Part shown: positions 1 through 13,268 of the stretch, piece after piece | Numbering within the stretch: the first letter of the stretch is position 1 | How the letters are laid out: each line of letters opens with the position of its first letter | Origin: Squalus acanthias | Lineage: Eukaryota | NCBI GenBank assembly: GCA_030390025.1 | Contig: CM059438.1 | Coordinates: 56,794,001-56,858,000, forward strand | Reading direction: 5' to 3' | Length of the DNA stretch: 64,000 nucleotides | The notes under the pieces: model-generated | Database searches by the model: none | Told to the model about the DNA's origin: nothing | The model's input: only the letters and a program-made list of their open reading frames with translations | Translations under genes and position numbers: made by a program

Positions 1-1235
1 GGAATAGGTGCGTCAGTGGCAGCTTGGATAAGGAACTGGCTTAAGGACAGAAAACAGGGAGTTGTGGTAAATGGCTGTTTTTCAGACTGGAGGATGGTAG
101 ACAGTGGTGTTCCCCAAGGGTCAGTGCTGGGGCCACTATATAAATAAATGACCTGGATATTGGAATACAGAGTAGAATTTCTAAATTTACCGATGACACC
201 AAACTTGGGGGTGTGGCAAACAGTGAGGATGATACCCATCGACTGCAACATGACATAGAAAGGCTAGCAGAATGGGCAGACAAGTGGCAGATAGAATTTA
301 ATACAGAGAAGTGTATTTTGCATTTTGGCAGAAGGAACAGGGAGAGGCAATATACACTTAATGGCACTTTTTTTTTTAAAGAGTGTGCAGGGACAGAGGG
401 ACCTGGGAGTTAATGTGCATAGGTCCCTGAAGGTGGCAGGACATATTGAGAGAGTGATTAGCAAAGCATATGGGATCTTGGGCTTCATAAATAGAGGTAT
501 TGAGTACAAAAGTAGAGAAGTTATGCTGAACCTTTATAAAGCGCTGGTTAGGCCACAACTGGAGTATTGCGTCCAGTTCTGGTCACCACACTTTAGGAAG
601 GATGTGAAGGCCCTTGAGAGGGTGCAGAGGAGATTTACCAGAATGGTTCCAGTGATGGGGGATCTTAGCTACAAGGACAGGTTGGAGAAGCTGGATTTGT
701 TTCCATTTAAAAAAAATTTTTTATTCGCTTATGGGATCTGGGCGTCGCTGGCAAGGCCAGCATTTATTGCCCATCCCTAGATGCCCTTGAGAAGGTGGTG
801 GTGAGCCGCCTTCTTGAACTGCTGCAGTCCGTGTGGTTCATTAGAGCAAAGGAGGTTGAGAGGTGATTTGATAGAGGTGGACAAGATTATGACGGGTTTG
901 GATCGGCTAGACGGGGAAAGGCTGTTCCCACTAGTTGATGGTACAAGGACTAGGGGACACAGATTTAAGGTATTGGGCAAGAGATACAGGGGGGATGTGA
1001 GAAAAAACTTTTTTACGCAGCGAGTGGTGAGGATCTGGAACTCGCTGCCGACGGAAGTGGTGGAAGCGGAGACACTCAATGTTTTCAAGGGGAGACTGGA
1101 TAGGCACTTGAGGGAAATAAACTTGCAGGGCTGCGGGGATAGAGCGGGGGAATGGGACTGACTGGATTGCTCTACAAAGAGCTGGCACGGACCCGATGGG
1201 CCGAATGGCCTCTTTCTGTGCCCTTATGTCTCTAG
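1..1235 (+). mobile_element. CR1 LINE, degraded 3' part of ORF2 (RT C-terminus) plus 3' UTR
   Basis: [11 protein letters not shown](T)DDTKLGG, RPQLEYCVQFWSP and RGHRFKV...FFTQRVV motifs in broken frames; interrupted at ~710-838 by another LINE tail. Confidence 0.9.
710..838 (-). mobile_element. 3' tail fragment of the second LINE family, nested in the CR1
   Basis: gcaaggccagcatttattgcccatccct...cccttgagaaggtggtggtgagccgcc matches the 3' end of the element at 53170-56100. Confidence 0.75.
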
Positions 1236-1759
1236 GTCAGCGTGGATACAAGGTAGAGAGCCCAGCGTTATAATCAGTATAAATAGTGAGAAGAAGAAAA
1301 TAAACCTCGAGAATCACAGTCATTCGTATCGACACAGTGAGGCTGGGACTCCCGCCTCTGAATGTGCTCAGCAGAGTCCCAGTGCTCAGAGAGTTGTATC
1401 GCGCTGGCTGAAAACTTACTGAACTGTTATGCGCATGTAAGGGATCCACTTAATGCAAACACATCACGCTTATCATTGGGCAATATACAACAGGCCTGCA
1501 AACCCAAGCCAAGCAAGCTGGATACACAGTACTGGAGCTCCACTGCCACACTGCCCACTACTGCAACACTGTGCCCCACACAGACAAAATGTGCCCCACC
1601 ACATCCCAATGTGCAGCACTGCCCCTGCGCCCCACTGAGCTGATTATACTACATTTCGGTATCAGATTTAGGTTGAATACAAAGCTGTTCCAATATCAAA
1701 AAGGATATATTGTAGTTACGAGATCAAATGTTATTTGGCTCAGTTGATATGTACTCCTG

Positions 1760-2150
1760 CTACTACACTCAATATCTCCCGCCCTCATCATCACTGGTGC
1801 ACCGTGGCTGCAGTGTGTAAGATCCGCAGGATGCACTGCAGCAACTCACAAACCCATGATCTCCATCACCTAGAGGGACAAGAGCAGAAAAGTCGTGGGA
1901 ACGCCACCACCTCCGAGTTTCTCTCCAAGTCACACACCATCCTGACTTGGAAATATATCGCTGTTCCTTCATCGTCCTGGGTCAAAATCCTGGAACTTCC
2001 TCCCTAACAGCACTGTGGGAGCACCTTCACCACACGGACTGCAGCGGTTCAAGAAGGCGGCTCACCACCACCTTCTCAAGGGCAATTAGGGATGGGCAAT
2101 AAATGCTGGCCTTGCCAGCAACGCCCACATCCGAGTACAAATAATAAAAA
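1760..2150 (+). mobile_element. 3' fragment of the second LINE family
   Basis: Reverse complement of ~53170-53580; ends ggcaataaatgctggccttgccagcaacgcccacatcc plus an A-rich tail. Confidence 0.8.
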
Positions 2151-3323
2151 AGCTTAATTCCAACATTCTAACTGCTACCACTGCCGCTACCAGTCCCACT
2201 GAAGGGAGTCCAATATTCTCCCGCAAGAGTTCCTGGACCATCCTTTTCACCAGATACTGAACCTCTGACCCGAAATATTTAATCAATCACTAGCAGACCT
2301 CCCGTGGCATTGCTCAGTTAGTGGCAGGATATCCGGCTTTATAACAGTCAGTGAAAGTGTTACACGAAGTATGCACGATACATAAAACTTTTGATGCATC
2401 AGTAACCAATCTTTTTGTGGCATTGATTACAGTGAGTCTGAGAATATGCTGCTTAATAACAATAGGGGTATTCTCAACAACAAGCGATGGGGAAAGTGTT
2501 GTAGGAAGTGAGCGCATTGCAGGAAGGGAGTGTGATCCTTACAGGAAACATACACGATACGCAAGAATTTTAATATATTATATATTGATAGAGCAGAGGG
2601 CACGAGTGCATTAATGAGTTAATATAGCAGTGGGTAGCAGTGTATAAATAAATGAATTAAGTAGCAAGTGGATGCTAATTAATAGATTAATTCAGCAGTG
2701 GGTAGCACTAAATTGAGAGAGCAGCTGACTGCAGTGAATTGAGAGAGCAGCAGGTATGTTTGAATGAATAAATACAGCAGCAGGTACAAATGAATAAATA
2801 CAGCAGCAGGCACCAGGCAAATAATGAATTATCAGCAACATGCACCAAGGAGATTAGAGCCAATGAGGGCAGCGGAAAGTTCTTGAACATTCAAGGGTGC
2901 TCCCTGTTTTCAAACCATGGGTCTATGGTGAGCAGAGGGAGAGGAACTGGGCAATGCGAAAGGAAGGGTGCAAGAGTGCCACCTAGCGTAGGGAGCCCTG
3001 AATTACAGTGTGACAGTCAAATGTTGACATAGAGTTTTCTCATTTTCAATGGTGACCTGGGATTTTTACATTCTAAAAGTTGACATAAAAACATTACTCA
3101 AAAATGATGACACAGGAAGGAAGGAGAATAATCACAGGAATTGCATTCCATATGCAAGACTTGCAATATATTGACAGATTTGATTGATTAGCAGAGCCCT
3201 GGTCTATTCTTCAGAAACAGTTGTTTCTTATTTGAAATGCTTCACCTTGGGCTCTGTGAAGAAATACCACTTTTAACACTTGCATTCAATACTAGCAAAC
3301 AATTGGTGGGGCAGATAACCAAC

Positions 3324-3445
3324 CTGAATCATTGGGCTTCAGCAGAAACCTTTTGCGTGGATCGAGGCGAAGGAGTTGACAGAACTGCTCGACGCTGTCC
3401 GGTGAGTTTCGAGGTTCGATCATAGCCACATCCCCTGCCGAGTAC
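3324..3445 (-). CDS. NDOR1: NDOR1 coding exon 7: (E)YSAGDVAMIEPRNSPDSVEQFCQLLRLDPRKRFLLKPNDS
   Basis: Acceptor ttgcag, donor gttggt, 122 nt, phase 2 to 1; resembles human FAAGDVVLIQPSNSAAHVQRFCQVLGLDP as recalled. Confidence 0.9.
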
Positions 3446-3769
3446 CTGCAACTCAGAAGGAAAAGTGAGATTGGAGAGAAAGATCCCAGGGTTGATGCCT
3501 GTTGAGCTTACCTGCCTGAGCTTTGAAAATTAAGCTCACTGGTTAGGCCCCACTGGAGTATTGTGTCCAATTCTGGGCACCATACTTAAGGAAGAATGTC
3601 AAGGCCTCTAATTGTTTTTGTACTGAGCGGGCCACAAACTCCTTTGAGCGCGACTTTTTTGTCCGTGGGCAAATTTTCCTTTAACAACAACGGCAGCAAC
3701 AGCAACCACTTAAAAGCATACATACCGTAATGCCATATTGCCAGCCCACCGTCTCAAATCATGAGACAA

Positions 3770-4065
3770 TCAGACAAGGTTCTATACAAGTTTAACATAA
3801 CTCCTCTGCTTTTGAATTCTATTCCTCTAGAATTGAAACCCAGTGCTTTATTTGCACTTTTATGGCTTTTTTAACCTGCGTTGCTACTTTTAATGATTTG
3901 TGAATCTATACCCCTCGATCCCTTTGCACCTACTCCATTTAGTCTCTTATTTTCCCAGGAGTATGTGGCCTCCTTATTCCTCCTACCAAAATGCACCACC
4001 TCACACTTATCTATACTGAAATTAATTTGTCATTTACATGCCCATTCTGCAAGTTTGTTTATGGT
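3770..4065 (-). mobile_element. Degraded CR1 RT fragment
   Basis: The antisense ORF LFLLPKCTTSHLSILK is typical of the CR1 KCEVVHFGR region. Confidence 0.7.
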
Positions 4066-4474
4066 ATCATATCATAGAATTAAAACAGTGACTACACTTC
4101 AAAAGCACTTCATTGGCTATGAAGCACTTTGGGATGTCCTGAGGTCATAAAAGGCTCTGTATAAATGTAAGTCTTTCTTTCTCTAATCAACATTTAGAAG
4201 CTGTACCGGGGGTGCAGAGATCAAGTCTCACTCACAACTAGGGAAACCTGGGGTCATCTTAAATGTTGCAGACTGGATCCACCCATGGCGAGAGGGGAAG
4301 GGATGGGATAACTTCCCCGATTAACATGAATATTAATCAGCAGTCCCTCGAGGGGATGCGGTCGACAGGGCAGAGATCAGGTGCTGGGGTCTCTGCTCAG
4401 GGTGCTGCGCCATCTCTGCAGTGTTTTTAAAATTCAATTTGCTTATTTGGGAAACAGATTCAGACATTTCTTAC

Positions 4475-4684
4475 TCAATGCCGGAGCCAGTGATGTCAAA
4501 GGTGATAAGCCGCACGTCCTGGAAGTGGCTTTCGTCAGTGACCCTTTCATTGGCGATCATCAGTGCAGGGAATGGGTGGAGCTGTGAGGGTGGGCATCTC
4601 ATTTGTCTGTTTGCGTCACATGGTCCCACTGAGACACCATTGGCTGCATCATCCTCAAATTGAAAGCTGTACTTCGATGGCAAT
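4475..4684 (-). CDS. NDOR1: NDOR1 coding exon 6: (I)LPSKYSFQF...PFPALMIANERVTDESHFQDVRLITFDITGSGI(E)
   Basis: Acceptor tgcgtag, donor gtaag, 210 nt; RVT...HFQDVRLI.FDI.GSGI is the start of the FAD-binding domain. Confidence 0.93.
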
Positions 4685-4959
4685 CTACGCAAGGAATAAG
4701 ATGTTGCACAAAGTACAACGTTATATACACACAAGGACGCATGCATCTATAACACACACAGGGTGAGGTACCCCCCATAACACCAAGGAAATAAATCCCA
4801 TCGTCACTGCCATCCCAGTCACACGGGACAATAACACTGCTGTTCATGTCACATCCCATCACAGAAGCTGTCCATCTGACATTGTCTGCTGAAAACCACA
4901 GTCTTCAGTTTGTGCAGATTGACGTATAAAGAACAACTCTCTGGGGTGTGTTCTAACCA

Positions 4960-5302
4960 GTCAGCCGGTGGCTTGGCAGCTAGCATGCTCACCTTTGAGT
5001 CAGAACATTGGGGGGTCAAGCCCCACTCCAGAGACTTGAGCAAATAATCCAGGCTGACACTTCAGTGCAATCCTGAGGGAGCGCTGCCTTATCTGCCCTC
5101 TTGGGTGGATGTAAAAGATCCTATGGCACTATTGGAAGAAGAGCAGGGGAGCTCTCCCCGGTGTCCTTGCCAATATTTATCCCTCAGTCAACATCACTGA
5201 AACATTATCACATTGCTGTTTGTGGGAGCTTGCCGTGCGCAAATTGGCTGCCGCGTTTCCTACATTACAACAGTGACGACACTTCAAAAGCACTTCATTG
5301 GC
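4960..5302 (+). mobile_element. tRNA-derived Deu-domain SINE (SacSINE1/AmnSINE-like), partial
   Basis: gtaaaagatcctatggcactatt...gagcaggggagctctccccggtgtccttgccaatatttatccctc core shared with other copies in the window. Confidence 0.75.
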
Positions 5303-5416
5303 TCTGTCCAGAGTGCTCCTCCTCCAGGTGTCCCGCACAGTGCAGGACGGACTGCAGTGATGCAACACCATCCATTACAGTACCACAGATGTGGGTAATA
5401 GAGTCCCCCAAATGCC

Positions 5417-5812
5417 ACACAATCTGCTGCACAGTGTCGTACACAGTCTCCAGCACCTGTGGACAATCTGCACAGTGTCGTACAGTCTCCAGCACCTGTG
5501 GACAATCTGCACAGTGTCGTACACAGTCTCCTGCACCTGTGGACAATCTGCACAGTGTTGTACAGTCTCCAGCACCTGTGGACAATCTGCACAGTGTCGT
5601 ACAGTCTCCAGCACCTGTGGACAATCTGCACAGTGTCGTACACAGTCTCCTGCACCTGTGGACAATCTGCACAGTGTCGTACACAGTCTCCTGCACCTGT
5701 GGACAATCTGCACAGTGTCGTACAGTCTCCTGCACCTGTGGACAATCTGCACAGTGTCGTACACAGTCTCCAGCACCTGTGGACAATCTGCACAGTGTCG
5801 TACAGTCTCCTG
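5417..5812. repeat. Minisatellite, 39/41-bp unit ggacaatctgcacagtgtcgta(ca)cagtctccwgcacctgt, about 10 copies
   Basis: Tandem repeat read directly; explains the overlapping repetitive ORFs. Confidence 0.95.
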
Positions 5813-6413
5813 CTGGCACAAACCTTTCTTTAAAACCAGAGTGTGTACGAGGCTCAAGCCAAGAGGCAACGCATGCTCACCCTCTGATCAGGTGACGTGC
5901 CCTCCTACATCACCATCTCCGACCCTGTCCTGGACCTCCCTTCCGAGAATCTGCACGGCCTCCTCCGTGTAGAGAGTGAGAGGTCACAGGCTTGGGGACC
6001 CACATCCTGGCTACTATGGGCTGTCTCTCCTATGAGTCGTAGTAAACCCCAGGTGTGAGCAGGCAGCCCAGAATGAAGGGATGCAGGCAAGTGACTGCAA
6101 CAAGCAATTACATTCCAAGTGAGCTCTTTGTGAATCAATAGGTGTTGGGAAAGGGGATTGAGGGTTCTGGAGATATAAACAGACCTGTTTGAGTTATGTG
6201 CAGATCAGAGAGAGCACAGAGACCGTGGGTCGGTGCGGGAGTCCATGATTGAGGTAGGAGAAGACCTGATTCTCCATATGACTTTTTCTTATTCCAACCT
6301 TCCATTTGTTCTTAACGGTCCAACATTCTGTCAGGAACTTACTCAGCTTTGCACTGGTGAAACCCTAAGCATAAGACACCTGCCTGCCTTGCTCCTCGCT
6401 GCATTGTACTCAC

Positions 6414-6515
6414 ATGACATCGTCACCAAGCACGCTTAACCCTGGCGGCAGAGGGTAGATTCCGAAGGCTTGCTCCCAGAATTCCTTGATCCAGGGATCA
6501 ATGACAGCGTCAGGT
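6414..6515 (-). CDS. NDOR1: NDOR1 coding exon 5: (G)PDAVIDPWIKEFWEQAFGIYPLPPGLSVLGDDV
   Basis: Acceptor gtccag, donor gtgagt, 102 nt, phase 2 to 2; DPW motif at the end of the flavodoxin domain. Confidence 0.92.
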
Positions 6516-7603
6516 CTGGACGGGGGAAAGAAGTTCAATCAAGATCAACACATCTCTCTGGAGAAAACTCTCTGTGAACTGCTCTGGTGCCAGATGGTGT
6601 GAAGATTCCATCAGAAAACACGCAAGGCAGGCAGGTTTCAGCAAATCGGACAATGACGGGAGGCAAGGTCCAATCTGTGAACCGAGGAGCCTGAGACCGT
6701 GATAGACACAAGAGGTTCACGGGTAGAATAATGGATACTTGGGAGTGAGCTGCAGGCAGGAATCGAATCAAGGATGCGGAATACTGGGTAACAGAGCAAG
6801 TTCTAGGCTGGTGTTCAGTTGAGGGGTTTGTGTAACATCATTAACCAGGAGAGCAAAGGTCAAGCAGGTGAGGAGCTGACATTAAACAATGGCCTTGTTT
6901 TATTTATAACTCACACATGCTTTGTTCTGAGGTTGTTTAGTCTGTCCTGAATCTGTATGATAGAGGCAATAGGGTAGTAAGACATTTGCAAAACAATACA
7001 AATGCCTCTTTTGCCGAGTTTTAGGTTTATGTAAAGTTACTATCAAATTGATATTACACTTCCAGCCTTCCCATTCTGCTGCCAGTGTGTCACAATAGTT
7101 TCCTTATCGCTGTGTGTATGCAGCTCATTTTCCCACTCTACACAAAGTGCCTCTCCCCTACACCCAGCGTGAAAGGTTGCCCTGTGAGTGAATGACCCAA
7201 GGAGCACAGGGATGGACAATATACCCAGACTGGCCAGTGTCACGTCCCAAAAACAAGTTAAAAACAAAGCCTCCCTGTGTGAATAACGGAGAGATGTGCT
7301 GGTCCACTAATACCGAATAGTCATTTCTAGGCTTCTATGTCTTAAACTTTACAAAGTACATTTATTTATACTCATAAAAGCAGCCACTATGTGGTATAAG
7401 CAATATATAGGATAGGAATCGGGGCTTAAGGAGAAATGGACTGGTGATGAGGTAGGTTGGAGTAACACACTCAGACTCAAACTCGATAGATACACCCTCA
7501 CTTGGTGCATTATTTTTGGTACACGTGCGTCTTGCAGTAGCTGCTCCGTTAACCAAGCTGCACACCCGAAGGGTTTACAGGGGATACTCAGAGAGCACTC
7601 TTA

Positions 7604-7705
<102 letters not shown>

Positions 7706-8804
7706 TTAATGAAAAACAAACTGGCACTGTAGAAACTCAGTCACTTTAAAAAGCTATTGAAATTCAAACAAAGTTCCTAACCAGTGGTACTACAGTCACA
7801 TTATTTACTGTTGTTATATTTAAATACTTCTGGAATCGCTTGGATCCGATCAGACTGTGTTGTTAGAGTCCTTCAAACCTTAGAATTTAGTCACTTTACT
7901 TGGGGGGAGATCATACTTAAGTCATCAATCAAGATTCTCGTGGTATCAGGAAGATCCTCCAGATGTATCTAAATGACCCAGTTAAACGTATCAGATTGGG
8001 TCAGTTATAGGGTGTTGGATTCAATCAGTTTTCAGGTTCCTGCGCCACATCAAGTCATGAATGCATAATCTAGGCTGACACTGCAGTGCAGAACTGAGGA
8101 ATGCTGCATTGTCAGAGACGTCAACCTTTGGATTAGAAGTTAAACCAACGACTGGTCTGTCTTTGCTGGTGGACATTAAAAGCTGGAATGAAAAGAGTGG
8201 GAGGACGCAATAAAATGGGTCAAAGGGCATCTTCATCCAAACCCATCCCCATTATCTTTAAATCTGACAAGTGAAAAAAGTGACACTTTGCAAATGTCAT
8301 TTTTCCCCTTGTGAACTCTCTCACTTGCCCTCCTCCCCTAAAGGTGCTGACTTCCTGCTGGGGTAATGTTCCACAAATAGTTTGGTACGTCACCAAGTGG
8401 CCAATACCCTGCATCAACCTCAACAGTGAGCATTGGGAGGTTATTCGACTGCAGGAGGCATCCCATCCTCCCCAAACGTCCGCACACGCACTTCCAGCAG
8501 CGGTCACTGGTTAGCGAGCAAGGGTTGGAACCGTGACGAATTTTACTCCTCTTTACCCACTGGGCCCATTGGCTGCCCGCTTATTCCAGCTACCACACCA
8601 CTGGTTGGGGATCAAAGCAGGATATCCCTGTCCTGTGTTCCTCAGTTACTCGTTGTGTAAACCCACACAGCTATCCCAAGTAACACCGGCTGGGGGAGAA
8701 GGGGGACAACTTTGACTGACGGACCGTGGGCAGAAGGTGGATGCGTTTCCTCTCTTGGCCTTTAGTGGCAGACGGTCACTGGTCAACAGCTCGACAGACA
8801 CTAA

Positions 8805-10900
8805 CATAGAAACATAGAAAATAGGTACAGGAGTAGACCATTCGGTCCTTCGAGCCTGCACCGCCATTCAATGCGTTCATGGCTGAACATGCTACCTCAG
8901 TACCCCATTCCTGCTTTCTCGCCATACCCCTTGATCCCCCTAGTTGTGAGTGTTATATCTAACTCCCTTTTGAATATATTTAGCGAACTGGCCTCAACAA
9001 CCTTCTGTGGAAGAGAATTCCATAGATTCACCACTCTCTGGGTGAAGAAGTTCCTCCTCAGCTCAGTCTTAAATGGCTTCCCCTTAATCCTTAGACTGTG
9101 ACCCCTGGTTCTAGTTTTCCCTAACATTGGGAACATTCTGCCCGCATCTAATTTGTCTAAACCAGTCAGGATTTTAAATGTCTCTATAAGATCCCCCCTC
9201 ATTCTTCTGAACTCCAGAGGATACAAGTTCAGTTGACCCAATCTTTCTTGATATGTCAGTCCGGCCATCCCAGGAATCAATCTAGTGAACCTTCGCTGCA
9301 CTCCCTCAATAGCAAGAATGTCCTTCCTTAAGTTAGGAGACCAAAACTGCGCACAATACTCCAGGTGTGGCCTCACCAAGGCCCTGTACAACTGCAGCAT
9401 CACCTCCCTACTCCTGTACTCAAATCCCCTTACTATGAAGGCCATCATTCCGTTTGCTTTCTTGACTGCCTGCTGCACTTGCATTCCCACCTTCAGTGAC
9501 TGATGTACCATGACGCCCAGGTCTCGTTGCACCTCCCCTTTCCCTAATCTGCCACCATTCATGTAATTGTCCGCCTCTCTATTTTTACCACCAAAGTGGA
9601 TAACCTCACATTTATCCACATTGTACTTCATCTGCCATACATTTGCCCATTCACCCAACCTGTCCAAGTCACTCTGTAGCCTCCTAGCATCCTCCTCATT
9701 GTTCACACTGCCTCCCAATTTAGTGTCATCCGCAAATTTGGAGATATTACATTTAATCCCTTCGTCCAAATCATTAATATATAATGTAAACAGCTGGGGT
9801 CCCAGCACCGAACCCTGCGGTACCCCGCTGGTCACTGCCTGCCATTCTGAAAAGTACCCATTTACTCCTACTCTTTGTTTCCTGTGTGCCAACCAGTTCT
9901 CAATCCACGTCAACACATTACCCCCATTACGACCAATGTCAGGCTGACCGGTCTATAATTCCCTGCTTTCTCCCTCCCTCCTTTTTTAAAAAGAGGGGTT
10001 ACATTGGCCACCCTCCACTCCATCGGAACTGATCCAGAGTCTAAGGAATGTTGGAAAATGATCGTCAATGCATCCACTATTTCCAAGGCCACCTCCTTAA
10101 GTACTCTGGGATGCAGACCATCAGGCCCCGGGGATTTTTCAGCCTTTAGTCCCATCAATTTCCCCAATACCTTTTCCCGACTAATAAGGATTTCCCTCAG
10201 CTCCTCCCTCTTACCAGATCCTCTGACCCCTTTTATTTCCGGCAGGTTGTGTGTGTCCTCCACAGTAAACACCGAACCAAAGTACTTGTTCAATTGATCT
10301 GCCATTTCCTTGTTCCCCATTACGACTTCCCCTGTTTCCGACTGCAGGGGACCTACGTTTGTTTTTACTAACCTCTTTCTTTTTACATATTTATAGAAGC
10401 TTTTGCAGTCCATTTTAATGTTCTCTGCAAGCTTCCTTTCATATTTTATTTTCCCTGCCCTAATCAAACCCTTCGTCCTCCTCTGCTGAGTTTTGAAGTT
10501 CTCCCAGTCCCCGGGTTTGCTGCTACTTCTGGCCAATTGGTATGCAACTTCCTTGGTTTTAATACTATCCCTGATTTCCCTTGTTAGCCATGGTTGAGCC
10601 ACCTTCCCTTTTTTATTTTTACGCCAGACCGGGATGTACAATTGTTGTAGTTCATCCATGCGATCTCTAAATGTCTGCAATTGCCCTTCCACTGATAGCC
10701 CCTTAAATATCGCTTGCCAATTTAACCTCGCCAATTCACGCCTCATACCCTCAAAGTTGCCCTTCTGGACCATGGTCTCTGACTTAACTGTTTCCTTCTC
10801 CATCCTAATGTAGAACTCCACCATACTATGGCCACTCTTCCCCAGGGGGCCTCGTACCACAAGATTGCTGATTAGTCCTTCCTCATTACACAACACCCAG
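8805..10900 (-). mobile_element. 5'-truncated CR1 LINE, ORF2 in two open frames, with an internal deletion near 9925
   Basis: [25 protein letters not shown] and FADDTK motifs; 8-bp tail repeat (catagaaa on +) at ~8805-8820. Confidence 0.95.
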
Positions 10901-10968
10901 GTTCACAATTGTGTACAAATGATCATCAGTGGTTAAACCCCCTCCCCACACACTCACCATTCAACTTA

Positions 10969-11067
<99 letters not shown>

Positions 11068-11282
11068 CTACAGGGCAAACAGAGAGATAGCCTGGGTCAA
11101 ACTCGACCGCTGTCAGTGGGCGGGGAGGGGGCCAAATTGATAGGCTGGCCGGCTGTCAGGTGGGAAAACCATTGGGGACGGTGCCCAGCAATCGGGAGGT
11201 GGGCATGCAGCAGATCGGGGCTTGGGGGAGGGAAGCGGGGCTTGGGGGAGGGGAGGCACCGATCGCGGCAGTGACGAGAGCG

Positions 11283-12009
11283 AGGCCGCGATCGACAGGA
11301 GAGAGAGAGGCCGCAATCGGCAGGAGGGAGAGAGAGAGAGGCCGCGATCGACAGGAGGGACAGAGAGAGAGAGGCCGCGATCGACAGGAGGGAGAGAGAG
11401 AGAGGCCGCGATCGACAGGAGGGAGCGAGAGAGAGGCCACGATCGACAGGAGGGAGAGAGAGAGAGGCCGCGATCGACAGGAGGGAGAGAGAGAGAGGCC
11501 GCGATCGACAGGAGGGAGAGAGAGAGAGGCCGCGATCGACAGGAGGGAGAGAGAGAGGCCGCGATCGACAGGAGGGAGAGAGAGAGGCCGCGATCGACAG
11601 GAGGGAGCGAGAGAGAGGCCGCGATCGACAGGAGGGAGCGAGAGAGAGGCCGCGATCGACAGGAGGGAGCGAGAGAGAGGCCGCGATCGACAGGAGGGAG
11701 CGAGAGAGAGGCCGCGATCGACAGGAGGGAGCGAGAGAGAGGCCGCGATCGACAGGAGGGAGCGAGAGAGAGGCCGCGATCGACAGGAGGGAGAGAGAGA
11801 GAGAGGCCGCGATCGACAGGAGGGAGAGAGAGAGAGGCCGCGATCGACAGGAAGGAGAGAGAGAGAGGCCGCGATCGACAGGAAGGAGCGACAGAGAGGC
11901 CGCGATCGACAGGAAGGAGCGAGAGAGAGGCCGCGATCGACAGGAAGGAGCGAGAGAGAGGCCGCGATCGACAGGAAGGAGCGAGAGAGAGGCCGCGATC
12001 GACAGGAGG

Positions 12010-12041
<32 letters not shown>

Positions 12042-12082
12042 GCCGCGATCGACAGGAAGGAGAGAGAGGCCGCGATCTACAG

Positions 12083-12118
<36 letters not shown>

Positions 12119-12220
12119 CCGCGATCGACAGGAAGGAGAGAGAGGCCGCAATCGACAGGAGGGAGAGAGGGAGGCCGCGATCGACAGGAAGGAGAGAGAG
12201 AGAGAGGCCGCGATCGGCAG

Positions 12221-12251
<31 letters not shown>

Positions 12252-13268
12252 GCCGCGATCGACAGGAAGGAGAGAGAGAGAGGCCGCGATCGGCAGGAGG
12301 GAGTGAGAGAGAGGCCGCGATCGGCAGGAGGGAGCGAGAGAGAGGCCGCGATCGGCAGGAGGGAGAGAGAGAGAGGCCGCGATCGACAGGAAGGAGAGAG
12401 GCCGCGATCGACAGGAGGGAGAGAGAGAGAGAGGCCGCGATCGACAGGAGGGAGAGAGAGAGGCCGCGATCGGCAGGAGGGAGAGAGAGAGAGAGAGGCC
12501 GCGATCGACAGGAAGGAGAGAGGCCGCGATCGACAGGACGGAGAGAGAGAGAGAGAGGCCGCGATCGACAGGAGGGAGAGAGAGAGAGAGAGGCCGCGAT
12601 CGACAGGAGGGAGAGAGAGAGAGAAAGGCCGCGATCGACAGGAGGGAGAGAGAGAGAGAGAGAGGCCGCGATCGGCAGGAGGGAGAGAGAGGCCGCGATC
12701 GACAGGAAGGAGAGAGAGAGGCCGCGATCGACAGGAGGGAGAGAGAGAGAGAGGCCGCGATCGACAGGAGGGAGAGAGAGAGAGAGAGAGAGGCCGCGAT
12801 CGACAGGAGGGAGAGAGAGAGAGGCCGCGATCGACAGGAGGGAGAGAGAGAGAGAGGCCGCGATCGACAGGAGGGAGAGAGAGAGAGAGAGAGAGACCGC
12901 GATCGACAGGAGGGAGAGAGAGAGGCCGCGATCGACAGGAAGGAGAGAGAGGCCGCGATCGACAGGAAGGAGAGAGAGAGAGGCCGCGATCGACAGGAAG
13001 GAGAGAGAGAGAGGCCGCGATCGACAGGAAGGAGAGAGAGAGAGGCCGCGATCGACAGGAAGGAGAGAGAGAGAGGCCGCGATCGACAGGAAGGAGAGAG
13101 AGAGAGGCCGCGATCGACAGGAAGGAGAGAGAGAGAGGCCGCGATCGACAGGAGGGAGAGAGAGAGAGAGAGAGGCCGCGATCGACAGGAAGGAGAGAGA
13201 GAGAGAGAGAGAGGCCGCGATCGACAGGAAGGAGAGAGAGAGAGAGAGAGGCCGCGATCGACAGGAAG
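11283..13268. repeat. Satellite, left block: core GGCCGCGATCGACAGG(A/G) plus a variable (GA)n tract, ~27-45 bp units
   Basis: Tandem array read directly. Confidence 0.97.

Noticed and set aside
2150..3000. Possible NDOR1 exon 8 or another gene
   Set aside because: No LDI..VPRRSFFE-like motif found and no recognisable protein; later exons probably lie left of the window.
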